Source: a virus (Duplodnaviria > Caudoviricetes). From it: DNA of 32,305 nucleotides. The notes beneath the pieces are model-generated. The model ran no database searches and was not told the DNA's origin. It saw nothing but the letters and a program-made list of their open reading frames with translations. The stretch lies in IMG/VR virus record IMGVR_UViG_3300046751_000070, positions 1-32,305 of that record; one strand, given 5' to 3'. Shown here piece after piece: positions 17,040 through 24,306 of this stretch. The position numbers and the translations under genes are program-made. The stretch's first letter is position 1. Each line of letters opens with the position of its first letter.

Positions 17040-17231
17040 TTCAGTCTCCATTTGGTTAAGATTTAAAGGTTTCTTTTCGCCTTCGTCTTTTCCACATGGA
17101 TTGTCCGACGTATCGGGTCGCATCTGTAATCAGTGTAGGGCTAGGTCACTTGGAGACTTGCCGATCTCAGTCAGTAACCTCGGTTGCCGTCAGCGGGGCA
17201 AGTGCATTCGGCAGAAGCACGACCGCAAAGC
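17040..17231 (-). promoter_or_regulatory. Structured about 190-nt leader of the capsid gene
   Basis: Hairpins at 17202-17220, 17184-17201, 17144-17179 and CCGA-TACG-TCGG at 17105-17116. Confidence 0.5.
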
Positions 17232-17259
17232 AAAAAAATAGAGGGCGTTAAGCCCCCTA
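17232..17259 (-). terminator. Intrinsic terminator between the scaffold operon and the capsid leader
   Basis: TAGGGGGC-TTAAC-GCCCTCTA followed by T7. Confidence 0.8.
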
Positions 17260-17262
17260 AGA

Positions 17263-17394
17263 TTATTTCTTGGGAAATCCCTTTTTCATATTCGAGTACG
17301 ATTTAGCACTCACAGTTGATTTTGACTTGGGCCGAGACGTTCCTGCCTTCTTTCGGGCATTCATGTTGGCATATAGACCTTTTTTCTTTGGCAT
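17263..17394 (-). CDS. Small highly basic protein, 43 aa (absent from ORF track)
   Basis: MPKKKGLYANMNARKKAGTSRPKSKSTVSAKSYSNMKKGFPKK; TAATG overlap with the scaffold stop; followed by a terminator. Confidence 0.8.
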   Translation of the reverse strand: MPKKKGLYANMNARKKAGTSRPKSKSTVSAKSYSNMKKGFPKK

Positions 17395-18200
17395 TATTCT
17401 AAATCCCATTGTGCACGTTGCATTTTCATAGCGACCTGTTGTCTAAACGCTGGGTCACTTTGGTAAGCAGGGTTCGACATGTCCGCTTTCATTTCCGCTT
17501 TAGATCGATAGCCAGACGATGTGGACGTGGTGATACCCGTACCGTTTAGCAGTGAGGGTTCACCTGTTGATTGCTGTTGTCGGGTTCGTAGAGCATCGAT
17601 TGCGACCGTCCAATCAGACGATCCGAGCATTTCGTTATAGCGATTTAGTTCTGTTTCTGGGACGTTGTCTTTCGCCCAGTTCGACAACGCATTCCATTCC
17701 GCTTCACCGCCGGCATAATCGATTGCTTCCTTGGTGCTGGCCTCTTGCCGGTACACCATGTTATCGACATACGTCTTAACAAGTTCACGTTGCAGACCCA
17801 CTTTAGCCAATGCGGCGTATGCCTCATCTGACAGATCACCATTGGTCTGTATTTGTGTCTGTAGTTCTGACGGGTCCAGACCGGCGGTAGTAACGATGTC
17901 AGCCACAGCCTCGTCGTTGCTTTCAGTTTCGTTAGTAGGCGTAGCGTCTTCCGTCGCTTCAGCTTTCGCTGGTTCTGCCGGTTTACCATTGAGACGATAA
18001 TCAAGTTCTTTTGCGTGAGATTGCCAATCGTATTGGCCTGTTTCAGCGTTGTAAAACTTGTCATGTCCATTGTCTGGTTTTGGCTCCACTGGTAGTTTCT
18101 CAACCGGATCAACTTCTGCCACTTCACGATTTTGGAACTTGTCAGCCATCGCTTTGTTGTATTCTGGACTGCCTTCTGTGATCGTTTCTTGTTCTGCCAT
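17394..18200 (-). CDS. Capsid scaffolding protein (gp9-like)
   Basis: Acidic; GDLSDEAY..L.K.G, AGGE..W..L..WA, Y.S..EM..DM..P.Y..DP.FR..V motifs. Confidence 0.93.
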   Translation of the reverse strand: MAEQETITEGSPEYNKAMADKFQNREVAEVDPVEKLPVEPKPDNGHDKFYNAETGQYDWQSHAKELDYRLNGKPAEPAKAEATEDATPTNETESNDEAVADIVTTAGLDPSELQTQIQTNGDLSDEAYAALAKVGLQRELVKTYVDNMVYRQEASTKEAIDYAGGEAEWNALSNWAKDNVPETELNRYNEMLGSSDWTVAIDALRTRQQQSTGEPSLLNGTGITTSTSSGYRSKAEMKADMSNPAYQSDPAFRQQVAMKMQRAQWDLE

Positions 18201-18208
18201 GCTTACCT

Positions 18209-19735
18209 CTACTGTTGCATTACTTGTTCACCAGCCATGCCGCCGACTGCTTGACCGGCAGCACCCGCCATCGCTTGTGCGCCTTGCATCATGGCTTGCT
18301 GTTGTTGTTGTTGCTGTTGGATTTCTTGGACTTCTTCTTCAGACCGGACAGCGTCTGGAAGGTTCAGACCGTGGAACGCTTTGCCCAAAAGTTCGCTGAA
18401 CTTAACGTAAGCCAGCGTCTCAGGTGGCATCCCTTGGATAAACTGAAGTGCCGTTTGGACACGCGAAATGTCTTGCTCACGACCCAGTGCTTCGAGACCT
18501 GTCAGGATCACGGGTTCAATCATTCCGTCAGGCCACGGCGGTAGCTGTCCACTTCGTTTCATTTGGAGAACAAGACGCGACATACGGGCTTGCTGCATGT
18601 CAGCGTTCAGTTGCGAATAGACACCACCAAGAGTTCCTTCGAGTTGTTCGGTCATCTTGCGGACTTCAAACGCTGTGGTACGTTCCGAGTCCCTTACGGT
18701 CTCCGCGCCCATGAGAAACGCCGCCGACAGTTCGCGTGTTTGTCTTTCGAGTTCGTTAGCACACAACTGCATTCCGCTGTTGTTCGCGAATTGCAACATC
18801 ACGACGTCTTCTGGGTTGCCTACTATGATGTCGCCGTTGTTAGCCTTCGCGAACCGACGTCGCAAGTTGAGACCACCGGCAGCATTTGGACGGATCATGG
18901 TGACGTTGCGACTAGCCATTGCGGCCCCGTCGAGCATCGATTTCGACAAGGCGTCACATGTGCGTAGGTCTGGCAGATGCTCATCGACCTTGCCGCGACC
19001 GTAGTCCTCGCCAATCACACTGGTGTAGCGCAATGCATTGTACGGAAGCGTTTCGTATTTGCCCTCAGACCCAGCGACCTTCTTGCCGTTGATCTCCTGA
19101 TAGCAAACGAAAATGCCCGTCTTGTCCATCTTGCAGTGCGTGTAAAGAGGCACAGAGTTCTGTGAGAAATCATCAGCCGCCACCAGTTTCCGTGCGGATT
19201 CTGGCAGTGCTTCTGGACTGAGGTACTCTTCAGTGATGATCTCTTTGACAGCACCGGTGATATCACGCGACACGCAATATTGGTCTAAACGAAAGACACG
19301 AATAGAGTTGTCGGGCTGCATCATTTCGAGGGCATTGCCGGTGACCAAAAGATACTGGAGCGCAAGGTTAGTCGCACGTCGCCATTGTTTTCTTTCGATC
19401 TCCGCTTGGATTAACTGTTCGGAAAGCACCAAGCCCTGCACGATGTCAGTACCAATAGCCATTTCGCCTTGGGCAATACGTGCCTCTGGTGGGATATCCA
19501 GCTTGAACGATGGTTTCCCTGGGGGATACATCGCAACCATTAGCCGAGCCGAGAGAGACACAACGGCTCTTGCGCCGAGACCTTGGTACGGTTCGGGCAT
19601 CGTGCTGTGTTCGTTGTGTCCCTCTGGGGGCATTAGATACGGAATGGTCAGTTCAGCACAATCCCGCGCTCGGCGTAAGTACGGATCACGCTTCGCCTTC
19701 ATTTTAGCGTAACGGGCTTTAGCAGTTTCTGCCAT
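18209..19735 (-). CDS. Portal / head-tail connector (gp8-like)
   Basis: ARDCAELTIP, YQGLGARAV..LS, GEDYGRG, ERTTA.EVR, LGGVYS, TGLEALGR; poly-Gln C-terminus. Confidence 0.97.
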   Translation of the reverse strand: MAETAKARYAKMKAKRDPYLRRARDCAELTIPYLMPPEGHNEHSTMPEPYQGLGARAVVSLSARLMVAMYPPGKPSFKLDIPPEARIAQGEMAIGTDIVQGLVLSEQLIQAEIERKQWRRATNLALQYLLVTGNALEMMQPDNSIRVFRLDQYCVSRDITGAVKEIITEEYLSPEALPESARKLVAADDFSQNSVPLYTHCKMDKTGIFVCYQEINGKKVAGSEGKYETLPYNALRYTSVIGEDYGRGKVDEHLPDLRTCDALSKSMLDGAAMASRNVTMIRPNAAGGLNLRRRFAKANNGDIIVGNPEDVVMLQFANNSGMQLCANELERQTRELSAAFLMGAETVRDSERTTAFEVRKMTEQLEGTLGGVYSQLNADMQQARMSRLVLQMKRSGQLPPWPDGMIEPVILTGLEALGREQDISRVQTALQFIQGMPPETLAYVKFSELLGKAFHGLNLPDAVRSEEEVQEIQQQQQQQQAMMQGAQAMAGAAGQAVGGMAGEQVMQQ

Positions 19736-19746
19736 TGTATTACCCT

Positions 19747-19989
19747 TTATTGGTTCGTGTTGATGCCAGTGCCAACTGACCGTGCGGGACTACCGCTGCC
19801 CAGTTCAATTCTGAGATTGCTGCGAATGGACTTGCCCTTTTTTTTGTTGGACTTCGCCGTCGTATACGCCTGTGAATCAGGCAGAATTGCTGCGCTGGGC
19901 GTGGGTGCTGTCGGGGCTTTTAGTTCCGGTGGCGGCGGCGGGGGTGGTGGCGCAGGGGGTGGCGGGGGTGGACTTTTAGGGAAGCACAT
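19747..19989 (-). CDS. Small Pro-rich virion protein (gp6.7/gp7.3-like)
   Basis: MCF N-terminus, poly-Pro tract, basic KKKG...LRI.L...G.N C-terminus, directly upstream of portal. Confidence 0.75.
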   Translation of the reverse strand: MCFPKSPPPPPPAPPPPPPPPELKAPTAPTPSAAILPDSQAYTTAKSNKKKGKSIRSNLRIELGSGSPARSVGTGINTNQ

Positions 19990-20444
19990 TATGTTAACCT
20001 TTTTTGGAGAGCGACTGAGGGTTCTTCGAAGCCCATAGTTTCGTAGAGCGCGAGGGTACGATCGTGGTGAACACCGGTTGAAACGCCGAGACTGATTGTC
20101 ATGACACCAATGTCTCTAGCCCACGCCTCGTATGCCTTGATTAAACGCATCGCAGCGATCCCGCCTCGCTTGTCCTGTTGAACAAACAGAGCGAGATCAG
20201 CCGCGACACGATCCTTGGAGAACCACTGGGAGTACGCGGTGCCAAGGAAACCACCGACCACGACAAAGTCATTCGTACAGACCAACGCACAGTAATCTTT
20301 TGGATTATCGATAGCGGTGCGTACCAGTTGTTTGACCTTTTCGTGGTCGAAATAGTACTGACTGAAGCGCGGTGACTCGAAGTGCATAAGAGCGGCAAGA
20401 GCCATCACGACCGGCAGATCGTTATGTGTCATGGGTCTGATCAT
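19989..20444 (-). CDS. GNAT-family acetyltransferase
   Basis: MIRPMT..D, LFV...KRGG..A.RLI.AYE.WA, LYE.MGF. Confidence 0.88.
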   Translation of the reverse strand: MIRPMTHNDLPVVMALAALMHFESPRFSQYYFDHEKVKQLVRTAIDNPKDYCALVCTNDFVVVGGFLGTAYSQWFSKDRVAADLALFVQQDKRGGIAAMRLIKAYEAWARDIGVMTISLGVSTGVHHDRTLALYETMGFEEPSVALQKRLT

Positions 20445-20614
20445 TCACCGGCCTCATAGTCTTCTTTAATCAGAACAAGCCCGTCGATGAATTCACGGAC
20501 GGCTGCGTAACGATGCGCCAAGATGACATCCTCATCGAACTGTATGCATCGACGGGGATGATGTTTGTCCAACGCTTCGATAAACTTGAGTGTTTCTAAG
20601 GGAAGGTCATCCAT
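20441..20614 (-). CDS. Small hypothetical protein, 57 aa (absent from ORF track)
   Basis: MDDLPLETLKFIEALDKHHPRRCIQFDEDVILAHRYAAVREFIDGLVLIKEDYEAGE; GGAGA RBS; ATGA coupling to the GNAT gene. Confidence 0.8.
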   Translation of the reverse strand: MDDLPLETLKFIEALDKHHPRRCIQFDEDVILAHRYAAVREFIDGLVLIKEDYEAGE

Positions 20615-20807
20615 TGGCAGAAGTCTCCGCTTGGTTCCACCGCTGAAAATCCTCTTCGAGAACTTCTTGTGTCCGATAGCTGGCCTTACAGATCGGACAC
20701 TGTCGTTTGCGGCGGGTGTAATAAACGTCGTTACGGATTACTTGCGACGTGAAGACTACTTTAGTCGCGTGATTGCCACACACATTACAGCCCACAAGGT
20801 TCATCAT
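20607..20807 (-). CDS. Stand-alone NrdR-type zinc-ribbon protein, 66 aa; start revised
   Basis: CNVCG..TKV....TRRKRQCPICKASYRTQE matches the NrdR N-terminal CxxC..RRRRxCxxC..TxE pattern; no ATP-cone; ATGA overlap with upstream ORF. Confidence 0.75.
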   Translation of the reverse strand: MMNLVGCNVCGNHATKVVFTSQVIRNDVYYTRRKRQCPICKASYRTQEVLEEDFQRWNQAETSANG

Positions 20808-20935
20808 AGGCCGGTCCCTTTCCACAGTTTGAGTTGCGCTTCAGCTTTCGCCAATTCGTGGCGAAGTTCGTCTGCTTCCTTCTTTGTGATTTCATAAAGT
20901 TCTTGGAGTTTTGCGTGGGTTTCACGATCAATCAT
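20804..20935 (-). CDS. Small coiled-coil hypothetical protein, 43 aa (absent from ORF track)
   Basis: MIDRETHAKLQELYEITKKEADELRHELAKAEAQLKLWKGTGL fills the gap after nrdJ and is coupled to the next gene. Confidence 0.65.
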   Translation of the reverse strand: MIDRETHAKLQELYEITKKEADELRHELAKAEAQLKLWKGTGL

Positions 20936-20940
20936 GTCGT

Positions 20941-22902
20941 TCACCGTATTGGACATGCGCCAGTGGCACATTCATCGTCCATTAGTTCTTCGAGCGTGTT
21001 GTACAGTTCGATGTCTACCGGAAGTAACTTATCGTTGTACTCATAGAACGTCTCAGCATCGACAACTTCTTGGGGCAGATATTTGTATCCCAAGTCTTCT
21101 GCCGTTTTTGATGGATCATTACGAAACAGCCAAGATACCCCAACGTATGAGTCCCAGTTCGCAAGTAACCAATCGACAATACCATCAGCTTCGCTTGGGT
21201 CATAAGATATCGTGACGGAACAGTTCTGCTCGACGTAATGTTCCATTAGCATCTTGTAGCGGCGTAGCTGGTCGATAGCACTTTCGAGGTTCACTTGTTT
21301 ACCATTGACCGAGTCGAACTTGAGGTCTTTCCACTCGACCGGAAAGGTCACCAAGACTGCGTCTGGGTCCATTGGGTTCTGAATGACCTTGTAGTTCGCA
21401 GCTTGAAGCATCCCCAGTATCGGGTCGTGTCTACTAAAGTTCACGTTGTTGAAGATGTAACGACCGAGCGGTTTGTGCACACCTTCTGGACAGTCCATGA
21501 TCTTGCTTAAAGTGCCACTTGGTTTGACCGTCGTGACATTCTTAGGGCGTGGAGTTCCCAGTTCGTCTGACATACTGTAAGCAGCTTGGACCACAATGTT
21601 TCGCAGTGACTTCAGATCGTAAGCCGACAGGTGACCACTGACGATGCCTGTTAGCCCCACACCGCACAACCTCAAAAAGTCGTTGTTCTGTTGCCAAGCC
21701 TCTTGCAGAATGCCGTCATTAAAGTTCACACACGTTTGTCGATAGTTAGCACGGGCGACAATCTTTGCAGCATGGTGCAAGCCATTGGTATCACCTACGA
21801 ATTTACTAACGTCGATCTCGCATAGATTGCATACGCTCTTGTCAGAAAGCAAAATCTCCGCGCACGGGTTGCATCCGTCGAACCAAGGTGCCCTCGCTCT
21901 GGCAGCTTCACCGTTAATAAATCCTGGCTCCGACCCGTTGCTGTCAATCATTAACTGAAAGATCGATGAAAGTTCTTTGCGGCTTGGCTTCTGGTTGAAG
22001 ATCAGCGAGTTGTTCGACTGAGAGCGTTGCGGATTGTCTATCCAATGTTCGTTCTTCGCCGTGGCGAACTCTTCCCATTCGGCTGATCCGTACTCAACTA
22101 GACAAATTTCTGCGCTGCGACGGCTCGACAAAACTGTGCCTAACCAGTTGACGATATCCAGAATGTCCATCTTCTTGAGCAACTGACCGGCACGTTTAGA
22201 CATGATCGTCGCGATAGCTGTGAACGCTTTGGCAATCGCAGCGTCACCCGATGATATCCAACCGTAACCTGCAAGTCGGTCACCGGCTGGGCGTATTTGA
22301 CTAAAGTCGAGAACAAGAGTGTCCGCTGGATACTTACCAGCCATCAGTTTGCCGACAGCTTTAGCCCACCCCTCTGCAGAGTCACCAACAGCAATCGACC
22401 AGACCTTTTTGTCTTCATCCCAACGCTCGACGTTGTGGTCGCAGCCGCCTTTAGCTTTACGCTTGGACCGTTTGACCTCGACGTTCATTGGTTTCGTAAA
22501 GCCATTCAACGTGCCAGCCCGTGGTACAAAGCCGACGCCAGCACCTTGCAATAGGAGCCACAAGATATCGACAAGGTCACTGACAGTTTTGGCGTGGGTA
22601 AACGAACAGTTAAACATCGATGCTTCACGACGCTTGCTGATCTCTGTGCCACCAAGCCAAAGCGTCCGTCCACTCATAGAAACTTTGCGGTCCATCATTA
22701 AGCTTTTTAGAACGGCGAGTTCGTTGTGCATCACGTTGGTGACTTCTTTAGCCCCAGCCGCACGACACCAGAGCCAGCCCTGATGGTCGATCACACGATC
22801 AACTGTTTGTTCCCAGCTTTCGAACTTCGTACCGGCGTCATCCAGAGGACGGTTGTATGTGCGGCGCGTGATAATCTGTGCGCGTGTCGATGGTGATCTC
22901 AT
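20941..22902 (-). CDS. nrdJ: Class II (adenosylcobalamin-dependent, monomeric RTPR-type) ribonucleotide reductase
   Basis: RTYNR, GRTLW, FNCSF, RRSAEI, NPCAEI, CNLCE, TTVKPSGT, C-terminal CATGACPIR; no beta subunit nearby. Confidence 0.93.
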   Translation of the reverse strand: MRSPSTRAQIITRRTYNRPLDDAGTKFESWEQTVDRVIDHQGWLWCRAAGAKEVTNVMHNELAVLKSLMMDRKVSMSGRTLWLGGTEISKRREASMFNCSFTHAKTVSDLVDILWLLLQGAGVGFVPRAGTLNGFTKPMNVEVKRSKRKAKGGCDHNVERWDEDKKVWSIAVGDSAEGWAKAVGKLMAGKYPADTLVLDFSQIRPAGDRLAGYGWISSGDAAIAKAFTAIATIMSKRAGQLLKKMDILDIVNWLGTVLSSRRSAEICLVEYGSAEWEEFATAKNEHWIDNPQRSQSNNSLIFNQKPSRKELSSIFQLMIDSNGSEPGFINGEAARARAPWFDGCNPCAEILLSDKSVCNLCEIDVSKFVGDTNGLHHAAKIVARANYRQTCVNFNDGILQEAWQQNNDFLRLCGVGLTGIVSGHLSAYDLKSLRNIVVQAAYSMSDELGTPRPKNVTTVKPSGTLSKIMDCPEGVHKPLGRYIFNNVNFSRHDPILGMLQAANYKVIQNPMDPDAVLVTFPVEWKDLKFDSVNGKQVNLESAIDQLRRYKMLMEHYVEQNCSVTISYDPSEADGIVDWLLANWDSYVGVSWLFRNDPSKTAEDLGYKYLPQEVVDAETFYEYNDKLLPVDIELYNTLEELMDDECATGACPIR

Positions 22903-23330
22903 TATAAAATGTCCTCAAGATATGGGGGGCGATATGTGGTTGGCTTCAAGACTTTGCCGTTGGCACTATAGACAGCACCATCGTCACTGAACTTTGTCAT
23001 GTTCGATGCGTGAACACGCTCGTATGCCTTTGAAAGATTGAGACCAAACGTGGCGGCAAACCCACTGAGGGTGTACTGAACGTCAGCAAGTTCTTTCAGT
23101 AGGTGAGCCTTCAGTTCGATGGCTTGCTCGACTGTCACTGGTTCAAAATCAACATCGTCCATCTTGTCAATTGCATCTAAGACCTCATCGACTTCTTCAG
23201 CCAAAAACTTGAAACGCTTGTAGCATTCAGCTTTGGTGAACTCGACGTTCAGCGGGTGTCGTGCAGCTTCTGCGAATTCCTTGTAAGTTTCTTCTCGGTT
23301 CAACAGTTTATCCAGTGCGATCCTAGTCAT
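22902..23330 (-). CDS. MazG-like / PRA-PH family NTP pyrophosphohydrolase
   Basis: LAEEVDE, KELADVQY..G, RVHASNMTK, GKVLKP..Y.PP.L. Confidence 0.9.
   Translation of the reverse strand: MTRIALDKLLNREETYKEFAEAARHPLNVEFTKAECYKRFKFLAEEVDEVLDAIDKMDDVDFEPVTVEQAIELKAHLLKELADVQYTLSGFAATFGLNLSKAYERVHASNMTKFSDDGAVYSANGKVLKPTTYRPPYLEDIL
22913..22959 (-). promoter_or_regulatory. Candidate tandem NrdR-box-like sites upstream of nrdJ
   Basis: CCCCCATATCTTGAGG (22928-22913) fits the C.A.AT.T.G core; weaker CGGCAAAGTCTTGAAG starts 31 bp upstream; both lie inside coding sequence. Confidence 0.35.
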
Positions 23331-24297
23331 TGCTCACGACCTTTGTTGAACTCTTTGATGAGCCTCTGGAGATACCACTGCGCTTTTTGGAGGTCCGCTT
23401 CCGGTCTGCCTTTGGTGGCGTATCGGCTGACGTACTTGATGACGTTGCTGACGCAGACCGCTTCGTTGCCTTTGAGTTTCTCGCAGACTGCAAGACTGTA
23501 ATCGATGGTTTCGATACCGTTGCGGAACTTGTAGTGCGCTGGGCTGATGGTTTGTGCCAGATCGTTTCCGTTGGATGCCATAATTTTACTTCTCCCGTAG
23601 TGTAATTGTAATCTTCGAACCGCAATATCCTTGCGAGTTGCATCATGGTGATTGCGTATTTTGTGGTCAGTCGGTTATCGACAAACGCTGCGACGGTGGA
23701 CTGCCAAAGGTTTTGTTGACTGCCGCTGTCGAGTATCTTCTCGGCTTTCGCTGGGCCAATCCCTGGAATGCCTCGGTAGTTGTCTACGCTGTCACCCGTC
23801 AGGGCTTGCTTGTAGATCAACCGGTCAGCCATCCCACGGTTTGTCCTAAGTGGTCTGGTCATGCGGTCGGGGTTGTAGAACTTTGTAGGCAGGGTCATCA
23901 TGTCTTTGTCGATACTGATCACGACAGGGTTCGTAAGGTCGGGATGACCACTGAGAATTCCCAACACATCGTCGGCTTCAAGACCGGCGAAGTGGACCGA
24001 CTGATGTTTGTCTTTTAGGTACTCAATGACCGCACTGAGTGCCGGTGGGCTTTCAGAACCTTTGCGGTTCCCTTTGTATTCGGGGTAGATGTCGTGTCGA
24101 AAGTACACCCGTGATGGACACGACCAGCACATGATGATTTTGTTTGGTTTAACTACCCGTGTCCAGTGTTCGACCAACAAGTCAGCCTCACGGATCGCGG
24201 TCTTTGGGTCTCCGATTAAGACGTCATCGAAGCGGTCCATAGTTTTTGCAGCCGCCCGATACGCAATGATATCGGCGTCAATAAGCGCAACAGTCAT
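23323..24297 (-). CDS. 5'-3' exonuclease (gp6-like) with an extended C-terminal tail
   Basis: LIDADIIAY, YKGNRK, LEADDVLGI, SIDKD, LTGDSVDNYRGIPGIGP, LARILR, KLWHP. Confidence 0.93.
   Translation of the reverse strand: MTVALIDADIIAYRAAAKTMDRFDDVLIGDPKTAIREADLLVEHWTRVVKPNKIIMCWSCPSRVYFRHDIYPEYKGNRKGSESPPALSAVIEYLKDKHQSVHFAGLEADDVLGILSGHPDLTNPVVISIDKDMMTLPTKFYNPDRMTRPLRTNRGMADRLIYKQALTGDSVDNYRGIPGIGPAKAEKILDSGSQQNLWQSTVAAFVDNRLTTKYAITMMQLARILRFEDYNYTTGEVKLWHPTETIWHKPSAQRTTSSATVSKPSITVLQSARNSKATKRSASATSSSTSADTPPKADRKRTSKKRSGISRGSSKSSTKVVSND
23327..23581 (-). CDS. DUF3310 / T7 gp1.7-like nucleotide kinase domain protein
   Basis: PAHY..IETIDY..NVIKYVSRY..KG...DLQKAQWYL.RLI. Confidence 0.88.
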   Translation of the reverse strand: MASNGNDLAQTISPAHYKFRNGIETIDYSLAVCEKLKGNEAVCVSNVIKYVSRYATKGRPEADLQKAQWYLQRLIKEFNKGREQ

Positions 24298-24306
24298 ATG
24301 ATTTCC

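Noticed and set aside
17040-17123. N-terminal extensions in the ORF track for capsid (17123), gp14-like (13173), PolA (26118), RusA (28342) and the Zn ribbon (20825)
   Set aside because: Downstream ATGs have better RBS or coupling and fit family N-termini; the extensions overlap other genes or RNA structure
18296-18320. (CAA/CAG)n poly-Gln at the portal C-terminus
   Set aside because: Common low-complexity tail of T7-like portals
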